The notes under the pieces were generated by a model that saw only the letters and a program-made list of their open reading frames with translations, had not been told where the DNA came from and ran no database searches. Positions 10,255 to 19,787 of a stretch of DNA of 64,000 nucleotides are shown piece after piece. The DNA is from a virus. Taxonomy: Duplodnaviria; Caudoviricetes. Both the position numbers and the translations under genes were made by a program. Within the stretch, counting starts at the first letter, position 1; each line of letters begins with the position of its first letter. Location: IMG/VR virus record IMGVR_UViG_2811995317_000003, positions 23,425 to 87,424 of that record; one strand, 5' to 3'.

Positions 10255-10856
10255 TGGATATTTTATCAGCGATTTTTCGCCAGCAATCCCGGCGAATTGG
10301 CCTGCTGATCCCCAGCGTGGTCGTTTCCGAAAAGCATTCTGATGCGCTCGAAATTACTGAGCACCCGGTGGAGAAGCCAACAACTAATAGCGCCTCGGGT
10401 TTCATTGCCGATCATGCGTATAAGCGCCCCAGCGAAGTCACAATGGAATGCGGCTTCGCTGGGGGCGGTTCGTTGCTGGACTTCATTGATACATCTTCAA
10501 TCGGCCTCAGCGCCGGACTGAGCCCGAAAGATACCTATCAGCAACTACTGGATCTCCAGTCCTCCCGGGTGCCGTTCGATGTGGTGACCGGGAAGCGGGT
10601 GTATAGCAATATGCTGGTGCGAGCCATCGAGGTGACAACGGACAAAACCAGCGAGAACGTGCTGAACTGCACGCTTACCCTGCGTGAAGTGATCATGTCG
10701 CAAACGCAGAGCGTTAGCGTTGCTGATAAATCAGATATGCAAGATGGCGTCAGCACATCGGCGGTGCAAAATGCCGGGACGAAATCCACTACACCGCCAA
10801 ACGAATCCTTGCTGAGCCAGCTGGGCGGAAGCGTTACATCAGCATTCGGGGGATGA
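10254..10856 (+). CDS. Baseplate/tail tube initiator
   Basis: After tape measure gene; ITEHPVE motif. Confidence 0.6.
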   Translation: MDILSAIFRQQSRRIGLLIPSVVVSEKHSDALEITEHPVEKPTTNSASGFIADHAYKRPSEVTMECGFAGGGSLLDFIDTSSIGLSAGLSPKDTYQQLLDLQSSRVPFDVVTGKRVYSNMLVRAIEVTTDKTSENVLNCTLTLREVIMSQTQSVSVADKSDMQDGVSTSAVQNAGTKSTTPPNESLLSQLGGSVTSAFGG

Positions 10857-10857
10857 T

Positions 10858-11163
10858 ATGCAGTTTAACGAAATACCGCTTTCTCCTGACAATCAGCAGT
10901 TTCGCGTTTTGCTGGGCAATACCACGTATACGCTCAGGATCATCTGGCGCGACGCGGCTGGCTGGATCATGGACGTGATGGATAGCGGCGGAGCTGCGCT
11001 TCTCTCTGGCGTACCTCTACTGACCGGCGTAAACCTGTTGCGGCAATATCCACAGCTTGGCATTGATGGCGCACTGGTGGTGGCGACCGATAACGGCGCA
11101 CCAGACGAGCCCACCAAAACCAACCTCGGCACATACAGCCACCTCATTTTCGTACAGGAGTAG
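10858..11163 (+). CDS. Small baseplate protein
   Basis: Gene order; counterpart of 53410-53715. Confidence 0.55.
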   Translation: MQFNEIPLSPDNQQFRVLLGNTTYTLRIIWRDAAGWIMDVMDSGGAALLSGVPLLTGVNLLRQYPQLGIDGALVVATDNGAPDEPTKTNLGTYSHLIFVQE

Positions 11164-11165
11164 AA

Positions 11166-12227
11166 ATGTCTCTTAACTGGATGCGCCATTTTGAGTTGCA
11201 GCTGTTGGACCAGAACGGGCAGGGAGTTTCCCTGTCTGACTTTAAGGTCACGTTCCAGATCGAGTGGGCAGACACACGCTGGCCGCGCGTGGCAAACGTG
11301 AAAATTTACAACCTTTCGACCGATACCACGAACAAGATACTGGGGCAGGAGTTTGCCAAAATTCGCATCATTGCCGGATATGACGGTATAGCGCCGGATG
11401 TTGATGCGAGCCAGGTCGGTGTCGCCCGTGAGATTTCACCAGACCAGATAGGGCAGGTGAACGGTCAGAACTACGGCCTGATTTTTGACGGTGATATTCG
11501 CTTCACCGTCACCGGTAAGGACAACATTACCGATTCATGGGTGTTGATTCAGGCCATTGGTGATCACGAAGCGTTCCTCTATGCGACCACCATCACCACG
11601 CTTGCAGCTGGTTATACCGTTGCGGATCTGCACCGGGCGACGATGCAGGATTTTAACGCGTTCGGCGTGACGCAGGGCATTACTGGAGATTTCCCTGATA
11701 CCGTATTCCCACGTGGCCGCGCGATTTACTCATCCACCCGCAACGTGATGGATAATATTGCTGCGCAGTGCAAAGCGACATGGCAGCTGGTGGATGGTCA
11801 GGTCCAGATGGTGCCGGAGGATAAATATATTCACGAGGCCATTGTGTTAAATGCCAATACTGGCCTGATCGGTATGCCGCAACAGACGATGGGCGGCGGC
11901 GTAAACGTGCGGTGCCTGATAAACCCCAACATTCGCATCAATGGCCTTATCCAGCTCGATCAGGCTTCGGTGTACCGCGCCACGCTCGGCAATAGCGAAA
12001 TCGCACAGTCGCCCGGGCGTATCACCGAAACAGAAGAGAACGGCAACCGTGTGCTGACCGGTACGACGTCACAGGCTGCCAGCATTGCGACGGATGGCGT
12101 TTATATCGTCAAAGCTATCGACTATACTGGCGACACCAGAGGTCAGGCGTGGTATATGGATTTGATGTGCTTCGCGCGTGGCAGCCGCGACTTGCAGAGT
12201 AACGCATCACTTAACCGGACGTTTTAA
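11166..12227 (+). CDS. Baseplate hub protein
   Basis: Size and position before the spike gene; GLIGMPQQT motif. Confidence 0.65.
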   Translation: MSLNWMRHFELQLLDQNGQGVSLSDFKVTFQIEWADTRWPRVANVKIYNLSTDTTNKILGQEFAKIRIIAGYDGIAPDVDASQVGVAREISPDQIGQVNGQNYGLIFDGDIRFTVTGKDNITDSWVLIQAIGDHEAFLYATTITTLAAGYTVADLHRATMQDFNAFGVTQGITGDFPDTVFPRGRAIYSSTRNVMDNIAAQCKATWQLVDGQVQMVPEDKYIHEAIVLNANTGLIGMPQQTMGGGVNVRCLINPNIRINGLIQLDQASVYRATLGNSEIAQSPGRITETEENGNRVLTGTTSQAASIATDGVYIVKAIDYTGDTRGQAWYMDLMCFARGSRDLQSNASLNRTF

Positions 12228-12230
12228 AAA

Positions 12231-12581
12231 ATGAAAAAACTCATCCTGATGATTGCTTGCAGCTCTTTAGCCTTGGCGGGCGTGGCTCATGCTGATTCCC
12301 AGTGTGGGCCTTTCCACTTGGGCACGAGCCCAACAAATGATGGATGGGCACGCATTAACGGTGCGAAGCCTGAAAGTCAGAAGGTAACGTTCCTTAAGCA
12401 AAAAGAAGACTACGAGAACATTAAGATGGAATGGCGCATGGCTACTGACCAGCCTGGCCGGTGGGTAGGGCTCGAATACATCAAGCGTAACGGCAAAGCC
12501 ATTCTCAACGCACAGTGGTTGCAAGCCAGCATGGACGCTCCGCGCCAGTATGCTACTTATGATTGTGTAAAAGTTAAATGA
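12231..12581 (+). CDS. Small exported protein of unknown function (extra gene in tail operon)
   Basis: Signal peptide MKKLILMIACSSLALAGVAHA; mature part has two Cys. Confidence 0.65.
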   Translation: MKKLILMIACSSLALAGVAHADSQCGPFHLGTSPTNDGWARINGAKPESQKVTFLKQKEDYENIKMEWRMATDQPGRWVGLEYIKRNGKAILNAQWLQASMDAPRQYATYDCVKVK

Positions 12582-12592
12582 CAAGGTGAGTT

Positions 12593-12922
12593 ATGACAAC
12601 GTTTAGCAGGATGCCGTCCCAAAAAAGAACTGTCCATCACACATCACCTGATGGGAAAGAATTTACGATTGAAGTCGAAATTTATGACACGCCAGAAGAA
12701 CAAAATTATTGGTCCGTATTTTATCGCGTTGATCATGAAGATTATGGCAAGGTAGGACTATATGGCGTTTTCCCAAAAGAAAATTTTCCAACTTTCGAAA
12801 ATGCAAAGTTAGTTTATCTTGCGCAGCCGCTTGAACGTGTCAAATCGATACTAAATAGTGCAAACGAAAAAGGATTTATAAGGCAACTTATTACAAGTCC
12901 TGATGGCTGGTATATCTTTTAA
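12593..12922 (+). CDS. AT-rich hypothetical protein (moron)
   Basis: RBS AAGGTGAG; low GC relative to flanks; followed by a terminator. Confidence 0.6.
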   Translation: MTTFSRMPSQKRTVHHTSPDGKEFTIEVEIYDTPEEQNYWSVFYRVDHEDYGKVGLYGVFPKENFPTFENAKLVYLAQPLERVKSILNSANEKGFIRQLITSPDGWYIF

Positions 12923-12926
12923 AAAC

Positions 12927-12950
12927 AAACCCGCTTCGGCGGGTTTTTTT
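12927..12950 (+). terminator. Intrinsic terminator
   Basis: AAACCCGC-TTCG-GCGGGTTT plus T-run. Confidence 0.85.
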
Positions 12951-12961
12951 ATGGGGTTTTT

Positions 12962-13600
12962 ATGCCAATTCCAACTCAATCACAGATCGGCGGTGAGCAG
13001 CAGACCGCGCAGGCCATTGCCGATTCGGTGTCTACCCAGATGCGTGTAGCGATGCCAGGCATCATTCAGTCGTTCGATCCTGACACTGTTACCTGCACAG
13101 TAGAGGTGGCGCTTCGCGGTATTGTTGGCGATGGCTCCACCGAATTAAAACCGCTGGTGGATGTGCCGGTTATCTTCCCGCGCGGCGGCGGTTGCACGCT
13201 GACCTTTCCCGTTAAAGAAGGCGACGAGTGCCTGTTGATCTTTGCCGACCGTTGCATCGATTTCTGGTGGCAGAGCGGCGGCGTGCAGGAGACCGTCGAC
13301 CCGCGCCAACATGACTTATCTGATGCGTTCGCCATCGTTGGCCCACAGTCGCAAGCGCAGAAAATCAGCGGTATAAGTACCAGCTCGGTAGAGCTGCGCA
13401 GCGATGACGGCGTCACAAAGTTAAGCCTTAACCCATCCAGCGGGGCAATAAATGGCACTGCACCGGGCGGATTCAACCTTAACGGGCTCAAAATCCTGCC
13501 TGACGGTCGCTTGCAGCTGGTGGACGGTTCTATCGTGGATAAGCATACCCATGGCGGCGTTGAGAGCGGCGGAAGCAATACTAAGCCGCTGGGAGGTTAA
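12962..13600 (+). CDS. Baseplate central spike (Gp138-type)
   Basis: DVPVIFP, GDECLL.FADRCID and C-terminal HTHGGV metal-binding motif. Confidence 0.8.
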   Translation: MPIPTQSQIGGEQQTAQAIADSVSTQMRVAMPGIIQSFDPDTVTCTVEVALRGIVGDGSTELKPLVDVPVIFPRGGGCTLTFPVKEGDECLLIFADRCIDFWWQSGGVQETVDPRQHDLSDAFAIVGPQSQAQKISGISTSSVELRSDDGVTKLSLNPSSGAINGTAPGGFNLNGLKILPDGRLQLVDGSIVDKHTHGGVESGGSNTKPLGG

Positions 13601-13603
13601 TCT

Positions 13604-13957
13604 ATGCGATACCGTCGTGAAGATGCTGACGGCGATTACACTTTCGGGCAGGGTGACGACACCTTCCTTATCGACAGTCCGGAATGTGTCGCCCAGGCCG
13701 TAAAAACCCGTTTCGAGCTGTGGCGCGGTCAGTGGTTTCTCGATCTGACGGAAGGCACGCCGTATGTTCAGTCAGTGCTTGGGAAACAGCGATCAGACGT
13801 CTACATCCTGGCTATACGCGAACGCATACAGGACACGCCGGGCGTTCTGTCGATTCTTTCCTTCGATACCAATTATGACGGCACCAGCCGCCGCGTCACC
13901 TTCACTTCCTCCATTGACACAATCTACGGCCAGACGACTGTAACAAGCGAGGCATAA
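13604..13957 (+). CDS. Baseplate wedge/sheath initiator
   Basis: GQWFLD..EGTPY motif; precedes J. Confidence 0.65.
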   Translation: MRYRREDADGDYTFGQGDDTFLIDSPECVAQAVKTRFELWRGQWFLDLTEGTPYVQSVLGKQRSDVYILAIRERIQDTPGVLSILSFDTNYDGTSRRVTFTSSIDTIYGQTTVTSEA

Positions 13958-15157
13958 ATGGCTTTGAACCTCGACACGCTGGGGCTATCGGCAACGGTAA
14001 CCGCCCAGGGGATTAGTGCGCCTGATTACCAGACAATCCTCGATACACTGACCAGCTATTTCAGGCAGATTTACGGTAGTGATGCCTACCTCGAACCAGA
14101 CAGCAAAGATGGGCAAATGGTCGCGCTGGTAGCTCTTGCCGTGCATGACACTAACAATACCGCTATCGAGATCTACAACTCGTTTTCACCGACGACAGCG
14201 CAGGCCGCAGCGCTTAGCAGCAATGTGAAAATTAACGGGATCACGCGAAAAGTAGCAACAAACTCTACGGCTGACCTTCTGTTAACTGGTACGGCGGGCA
14301 CGACTATCACGAATGGCTCCGCACGGGATAAAAACGGCATTATCTGGAATTTTCCAGCGAGTGTGGCGATCGGCGTTGATGGTACTGTGCTGGTGACGGC
14401 AACATGTGCGAATAGCGGTTCGGTTGCGGCGATGGCCGGGACTATCACCACCATTAACACACCGACTCGCGGCTGGGTGTCGGTAACCAACCCGGCTGCG
14501 GCTACTGTCGGTTCACCAGCCGAAACTGACGCAGAGCTGCGCATTCGGCAGGGGCAAAGCGTCGCGCTACCATCGATCACACCGTTTGAAGGCGTCGACG
14601 GCGCAATTGCTAATGTCACTGGCGTGACACGTCACAAGCTGTATGAGAACGACACAGGAACAACAGACAGCAACGGGCTGCCGCCGCACTCAATTTCCGC
14701 CATCGTCGATGGTGGGGATGTTACCGAAATAGCCCAGACCATCAGGGGGAATAAAGGGCAGGGAACGGCAACCTACGGGACAACTTCTGTCACAGTGCCG
14801 GATACTTACGGTAATCCTCACGTCATCAGTTTTTCACGCTCTACCGATGTGCCAATTTTCGTAGCCATTACCCTGAAAGTTTTTACCGGGTATACATCTC
14901 AAATCGGCGAGCAGATCAAACAGGCTGTTGCCGACTATATTAATGGCCTGACAATTGGCGACGACGTTCTGCTGAGCCGTATTTATTCCCCGGCAAACCT
15001 TGGCGTGGTGAGCGGCGGGAATGCGCGCTATTACGATATTACCGATCTGCTGATCGGTAAGTCATCTGGCAGCGTATCGGCATCAAACATTGATATTGCC
15101 TATGATGCTTCTGCGTCCTGTAGCACCGCGAATATCAGTATCACGGTGACCTCATGA
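13958..15157 (+). CDS. Baseplate J/gp47 family protein
   Basis: ETDAELRIR motif; size and position. Confidence 0.85.
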   Translation: MALNLDTLGLSATVTAQGISAPDYQTILDTLTSYFRQIYGSDAYLEPDSKDGQMVALVALAVHDTNNTAIEIYNSFSPTTAQAAALSSNVKINGITRKVATNSTADLLLTGTAGTTITNGSARDKNGIIWNFPASVAIGVDGTVLVTATCANSGSVAAMAGTITTINTPTRGWVSVTNPAAATVGSPAETDAELRIRQGQSVALPSITPFEGVDGAIANVTGVTRHKLYENDTGTTDSNGLPPHSISAIVDGGDVTEIAQTIRGNKGQGTATYGTTSVTVPDTYGNPHVISFSRSTDVPIFVAITLKVFTGYTSQIGEQIKQAVADYINGLTIGDDVLLSRIYSPANLGVVSGGNARYYDITDLLIGKSSGSVSASNIDIAYDASASCSTANISITVTS

Positions 15158-15834
15158 GCAAATACACCGAACTAATAACTAACTACCACGCTACCAAGCC
15201 ACTCTTTTTTGACCATATAGATCTGAGCACCCGCCCGCTGATTGATGTATCCAGCACTATGTCAGGGCTTGTAACAGCCTTCGATATCGATACGGCGGTC
15301 GGTGTGCAGCTCGACACGCTCGGACTCTGGATGGGGCGAAGTCGTATAGTCAGCCAACCGATCACCGGCGTTTATTTCAGTTGGGACACTGAAGGGCTCG
15401 GATATGACCAGGGCATCTGGCAGGGGCCGTATGATCCGGATTCCGGTTATACGTCCCTCAGCGATGATACCTACCGCATCATTTTGAAGGCGAAAATCGC
15501 CATCAACAACTGGGACGGGCGGAACGACTCGCTGCCACCCATTCTGGACGCTGCAACTGCTGGCTCTGGCCTGAAGATGCAGATCGTCGACAACCAGGAT
15601 ATGACGATATCGGTATGGGTTTTTCCCGAGACTGATATTTCGGATGTGTCTCTCGAACTGATCGCCGCTATCAAACAGGGCTATCTCACCGTTAAAGCAG
15701 CTGGCGTATGGGCCGGTGATGTTGAAACGCCTTCGATAGAGACACCTTCCGAGGGCTCTAAATTCTTTGGGTTTGATATGGATAACGAATACATCGGCGG
15801 GTTCGATGTAGGAGCATGGGGGACTTTACTCTAA
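15154..15834 (+). CDS. Baseplate wedge protein (DUF2612-type)
   Basis: FDIDTAVGVQLD and LSDDTYR.ILKAKIAIN. Confidence 0.75.
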   Translation: MSKYTELITNYHATKPLFFDHIDLSTRPLIDVSSTMSGLVTAFDIDTAVGVQLDTLGLWMGRSRIVSQPITGVYFSWDTEGLGYDQGIWQGPYDPDSGYTSLSDDTYRIILKAKIAINNWDGRNDSLPPILDAATAGSGLKMQIVDNQDMTISVWVFPETDISDVSLELIAAIKQGYLTVKAAGVWAGDVETPSIETPSEGSKFFGFDMDNEYIGGFDVGAWGTLL

Positions 15835-16457
15835 TGGCAACAAATAACTTTAAAGCGTTCGCGCTTGATCCTAACGCTAATGTTATGTCCCAGGCTGACT
15901 GGGAAGCGCTTCCGGCATTGCTGTCTGGATTTACAGCGGGTAAAGCGGCCAGCGCACAGGTAAATAAAGCACTGCGCCAAGGTTCCACCATTGCAGCTGT
16001 GGTTGGGCAATTTATTGCGAACTCTGGTGTGGATGCTCTGGATAATGGGGATGTGTCCGGGCTGGTGACAAAATTCACGAATGCGCTTATCGCAAACCTC
16101 GGTTTGGGAACAGCGGCCAAAAGAAACGGAATTACAGGGAATATAGCAAACCCAGGGTATTTAAAAATTCCAATGACAATGGGGGCTACTGAACGAACTT
16201 TTATTATTCAGTTTGGTGGTATTAATAATGGTGGTTCAGGAACAGCGGGTAGTTCGACGTTTCCTATAGCATTCCCTAATACGGCTGTAGGGGTGATAAT
16301 GACTGGTCAGGATTCTTCAAATGGTGGCTTCTGCGTAACATCAAACTCCATGACCAGTACTGGTGTAAGCGCGACATTCCGCGACATATCGAATGCGCCA
16401 TATCCACACGTGCCGACCCGTTTGCAATCGGCAGTTTATTTTGTCTTTGGATACTGA
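15834..16457 (+). CDS. Short tail fibre
   Basis: MATNNFKAFA anchor; C-terminal GYLKIP..FIIQFG..FPIAFPN fibre-tip motif; start at ATG 15834. Confidence 0.75.
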   Translation: MATNNFKAFALDPNANVMSQADWEALPALLSGFTAGKAASAQVNKALRQGSTIAAVVGQFIANSGVDALDNGDVSGLVTKFTNALIANLGLGTAAKRNGITGNIANPGYLKIPMTMGATERTFIIQFGGINNGGSGTAGSSTFPIAFPNTAVGVIMTGQDSSNGGFCVTSNSMTSTGVSATFRDISNAPYPHVPTRLQSAVYFVFGY

Positions 16458-16459
16458 AT

Positions 16460-16894
16460 ATGAATAACTTTATCTATAGCCCATCTTTGAACCTTTTTTA
16501 TGATTCCGAATTGGTTCAGGAGTATAAAAATGCAGGGACTTGGCCTGATGATGGTGTTAATGTATCGGATGCTGATTTCTTAAAATATTCTGGTCCAGCC
16601 CCTGAGGGAATGGTAAGGATATGTGGCGGCGAAAACTACCCAGCTTGGGGAGAAATTCCCCCATTAACCCACGATGAAGAAGTTGCGCAAGCTGATGATA
16701 AGCAGCAAGAACTTATTGCCAGTGCAAATGCATACATGAATAGTAAACAGTGGCCCGGTAAAGCAGCGCTGGGAAGGCTCAAGGGTGACGAACTGGTTCA
16801 GTACAACGCGTGGCTTGATTACCTTGACGCACTGGATGCGATAGATACCTCGAATGCCCCGAATGTCGATTGGCCGCAATCGCCAGAAGTGTAA
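16460..16894 (+). CDS. Tail fibre assembly chaperone (Tfa-like)
   Basis: WLDYLDALDAID...IDWP-type C-terminus. Confidence 0.8.
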   Translation: MNNFIYSPSLNLFYDSELVQEYKNAGTWPDDGVNVSDADFLKYSGPAPEGMVRICGGENYPAWGEIPPLTHDEEVAQADDKQQELIASANAYMNSKQWPGKAALGRLKGDELVQYNAWLDYLDALDAIDTSNAPNVDWPQSPEV

Positions 16895-16900
16895 ATAAAT

Positions 16901-16920
16901 AAGGGGCATATTAGCCCCTT
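16901..16920. terminator. Bidirectional terminator between converging genes
   Basis: AAGGGGC-ATATTA-GCCCCTT with A/T flanks. Confidence 0.65.
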
Positions 16921-16925
16921 ATAAT

Positions 16926-18002
16926 CTATTTTGTATACTTAACACGTAATTTAAGGAACGGCTTTTCAACGTACGCATATGTTATCGCTGATGCAATAAT
17001 TGTTACTGGGATTACTACCAAAATCACCTTAACCAAATGCATTGTTGGGTTAGGGTCCATAGGTATTAATTTTCGTTGTAGGATATAGTAAATCGGAAGA
17101 TGCAGAAGATACATAGAGAAACTTAATCCACCAAGGTAGGCTAGTGCCGCATCAACTTTTTGATTCATTGAAAATGTAGCAGCACAATAGGCATAAATTA
17201 CCACTGCCCAGAATGCGGCTTCGATAGTAAGGCTAAAGGTTACAAAGTCAGGGATGCTTTTTTTGTTTAAGTAAAGTACAGCGGTCAGTCCGACTAACCC
17301 TGCAAGCATAATGGCAGCTGCTCTTAATAAACTGATTTTCTCTCTTTTAATGTAAAGATAACCGGCAATCATTCCTATGAGAAACTGATCCATTCTACCT
17401 ATGATTGTATGGTAAAAAATACCGTAAATAGGAGCGCCTTTAAAGGTTACAAGAGAATATTTGACCATCAGCATGACGGCAATCATACCCAGCAGAGTTT
17501 TGATACCATCATTTCTCATGAAAACCGCGAGGAATGGAAATAATAAATAAAATTGAAATTCAACCGCAATTGTCCATATTTGCCCTGTTGGGTAGTATTG
17601 TTGCCCCCACCCGGTTGTGGCGTGTCCAGTATTTAATTGAAGTGTGAGGATTCGGAGTATATCCATCGGGTCTGAGTTTGCACGGTTAACGCTGATTGCG
17701 ATAAAACACAGCAACACAGTCATAGGCGCTATTCGTAAGATTCTGTTTTTTATAAAACTTCCATACGCGATGTCTTTAATACCTGCATTTGATATTATAC
17801 AAAACAGAAAGCCGGATAATACCAAGAACAGACTGACGCCGCTGTTTCCTCCAGTAATCCATAATTTGAGAAAATCAATTGGACCTGAAAGCTCATTGTT
17901 GTATTTCAAAAAACCACGACAATGATAAATTATGACTAACGCCGCAGCGAAAAATCTCAAGTGATCTAATCGAGAAAGATAACTGTTATTAAGTGTTTTC
18001 AT
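16926..18002 (-). CDS. Acyltransferase family 3 (Oac/OafA-like polysaccharide O-acetyltransferase, no SGNH domain)
   Basis: RLDHLR..A...YH, F.VLSGFL and WTIAVEFQFY motifs; about 10 TM helices; AT-rich; start taken at 18002. Confidence 0.85.
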   Translation of the reverse strand: MKTLNNSYLSRLDHLRFFAAALVIIYHCRGFLKYNNELSGPIDFLKLWITGGNSGVSLFLVLSGFLFCIISNAGIKDIAYGSFIKNRILRIAPMTVLLCFIAISVNRANSDPMDILRILTLQLNTGHATTGWGQQYYPTGQIWTIAVEFQFYLLFPFLAVFMRNDGIKTLLGMIAVMLMVKYSLVTFKGAPIYGIFYHTIIGRMDQFLIGMIAGYLYIKREKISLLRAAAIMLAGLVGLTAVLYLNKKSIPDFVTFSLTIEAAFWAVVIYAYCAATFSMNQKVDAALAYLGGLSFSMYLLHLPIYYILQRKLIPMDPNPTMHLVKVILVVIPVTIIASAITYAYVEKPFLKLRVKYTK

Positions 18003-18171
18003 TCCATAGCCCATAAAACGGTTAAAAAGCAATCAATTCTAATTGTTGAGTAAGAGTATCATCTTTCAGAAGGGAGGAAAGTGATCGTGAGTCAACATGA
18101 TTCTAATTTGTTCAGAAATCACCCATCCAGATGCATGCTTGAGGCCTGCGCGGATTTTGCAGTCAGAGCTT

Positions 18172-18189
18172 TGTGCCATTTTTGTGTCA
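18172..18189. promoter_or_regulatory. Candidate integrase arm-type sites, prophage 1 arm
   Basis: TGTGCCA and TGTGTCA direct repeat with 11-bp period. Confidence 0.45.
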
Positions 18190-18295
18190 TACATGGCAAA
18201 TCACCTTCCTCTTTCTTACATCATACGCCATTGAGTTGCGCAATGTGAATGCGGCAAAGTGCATATAAAACAGCTAGTTAAATGTGATTCTACTA

Positions 18296-18341
18296 ATTCG
18301 TAATGCGAAGGTCGTAGGTTCGACTCCTATTATCGGCACCA
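18296..18341 (+). tRNA. thrW: att core: 3' 46 nt of tRNA-Thr(CGU), not an intact tRNA gene
   Basis: ATTCGTAATGCGAAGGTCGTAGGTTCGACTCCTATTATCGGCACCA: anticodon CGT, T-loop GGTTCGA, CCA end; abuts the int 3' end. Confidence 0.93.
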
Positions 18342-18355
18342 GAAAATTCAATCAG

Positions 18356-19519
18356 TTACGTGTTATTCGTACCCTCCTTGTTTTCCATATGGGACAGATT
18401 TGGGACACAATCGCCAAAAATTGAGTCGATTTGCTTGGCATGTTCGGTCAGATGATTTGGTGCCAGGTGTGCATACCGGCGTACCATTTCGATAGACTCC
18501 CACCCGCCCATTTCCTGCAGTACAGATATCGGTACTCCGGCCTGAACTAACCAACTTGCCCAGGTGTGTCTCAGATCGTGAAATCTGAAATCCTCAATAC
18601 CAGCTCGCTTTAATGCTGCCCGCCAGGCGGTGTTGGCGTCATACCGCATTTTCCTCACAGCTGGCGCTTTCGTTCCGTCCGGCTTAGTGCAGCTCTCCTT
18701 ATAGACGAACACCCATTTGTGGTGACTTCCTATTTGTCTTTTCAGCACGCGACATGCAGTATCATTCAGTGCCACGCCAATGGCCTGATTCGATTTGCTC
18801 TGCTCCGGGTGTATCCATGCCACCCGGCGCTGCATGTCAATCTGCTGCCACTCCAGATTGATGATGTTCGACCGACGAAGTCCTGTAGCCAGCGCAAACT
18901 CGACAACAGACTTTAGCGGCTCCGGGCATTCATCAATCAGCCTTTTAGCCTCGTGCGGCTCCAGCCAACGGATACGCTTATTCTTTGGCTGGGGAACCTT
19001 GACGATAGGGGCCTTATCCAGCATCTTCCATTCACGTTCTGCCGCACGGAGAAGCGCCTTGATAAATGAAAGGTGTGTGGCCTTTGTCGCCACCGATGCC
19101 GGGCGCGGAACGTAGTCAGGCGTTTCCTTGCCTTTCTTCGTTTGCGCAGCGTTCATCAGCTTCCAGTTTTCCTCATGCCTTCGGTTGGTCATCTTCTGTA
19201 TGGCGGCGTAGATCCGCGATTCAGTGATGTCCTTCAGTTGCATGCCGGCAAAGTGCTGGAGCCAGAATCCGATCCGGCTCTTATCATCATCCAGCGACTT
19301 CTTGTGCGCCTTCTCCTCAAGCCACCTGACACAGGCATCCTCAAATATCATGTCAGGAACCTCACCGAGCTTGCTCACCCGCCAGGCTTCGGCCTTTAGC
19401 TTGTCATGGAGTTCCGTGGCCTGCCTTTTGTCCTTTGTCCCAAGAGACTGCTTAAATCTTTTGCCGTCCGGCAATGTGAAGCTGGCGTACCAGGTTTCAC
19501 CTCTGCGAAAGAGTGACAT
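18356..19519 (-). CDS. int: Tyrosine integrase, P22-type (387 aa)
   Basis: [15 protein letters not shown] start; TGLRR, HDLRH and Y catalytic motifs. Confidence 0.95.
   Translation of the reverse strand: MSLFRRGETWYASFTLPDGKRFKQSLGTKDKRQATELHDKLKAEAWRVSKLGEVPDMIFEDACVRWLEEKAHKKSLDDDKSRIGFWLQHFAGMQLKDITESRIYAAIQKMTNRRHEENWKLMNAAQTKKGKETPDYVPRPASVATKATHLSFIKALLRAAEREWKMLDKAPIVKVPQPKNKRIRWLEPHEAKRLIDECPEPLKSVVEFALATGLRRSNIINLEWQQIDMQRRVAWIHPEQSKSNQAIGVALNDTACRVLKRQIGSHHKWVFVYKESCTKPDGTKAPAVRKMRYDANTAWRAALKRAGIEDFRFHDLRHTWASWLVQAGVPISVLQEMGGWESIEMVRRYAHLAPNHLTEHAKQIDSIFGDCVPNLSHMENKEGTNNT
18390..18407. promoter_or_regulatory. Candidate integrase arm-type sites, prophage 2 arm
   Basis: TGGGACA twice with 11-bp period inside the int 3' end. 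Confidence 0.55.
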
Positions 19520-19746
19520 ATTAATTCCTCTCGTATGCCATCGCCCGCGCTCACCTGGACAGTATGCAGCGGTGACTTGAGCGCCGCAATGCAGGCCTGT
19601 CGGGTAGTGAGGTAAGGGGATTTTGGTTTGGATGGGTCTTTGCGGGTTGCCTGCAGTCTGCCGGTGCGGATCCAGTTCGCAGCTGTTGGTCTGGATATGC
19701 CCAGCATTGCGCAGGCCTGATTGAGAGTGATGCTGTATTGTTCCAC
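19396..19746 (-). CDS. xis: Excisionase, P22-type (116 aa)
   Basis: [20 protein letters not shown]; long overlap with int. Confidence 0.9.
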   Translation of the reverse strand: MEQYSITLNQACAMLGISRPTAANWIRTGRLQATRKDPSKPKSPYLTTRQACIAALKSPLHTVQVSAGDGIREELICHSFAEVKPGTPASHCRTAKDLSSLLGQRTKGRPRNSMTS

Positions 19747-19760
19747 TGCGTTCTCCAGGC

Positions 19761-19787
19761 AAAAAAATGCCCTCGCAATGGAGGGCT
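19761..19787 (-). terminator. Intrinsic terminator upstream of xis
   Basis: GCCCTC-CATTGC-GAGGGC plus T-run on the minus strand. Confidence 0.7.

Larger units (their letters stand above)
1..18341 (+). mobile_element. Prophage 1, right end (head, tail, fibre, acyltransferase), contractile-tail temperate phage
   Basis: Colinear head-tail-baseplate gene order ending at the tRNA-Thr att core; left part lies outside the window. Confidence 0.92.

Noticed and set aside
15834-16894. Invertible tail fibre or diversity-generating retroelement
   Set aside because: No invertase, reverse transcriptase, inverted crossover sites or template repeat was seen near either fibre
18003-18295. Dam/OxyR phase-variation switch for the acyltransferase
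   Set aside because: Only one GATC (18083-18086) was seen, not the paired sites of P22-type gtr switches
18266-18341. Complete tRNA-Thr gene
   Set aside because: Only the 3' 46 nt are present; the upstream sequence gives no 5' acceptor strand or D-arm
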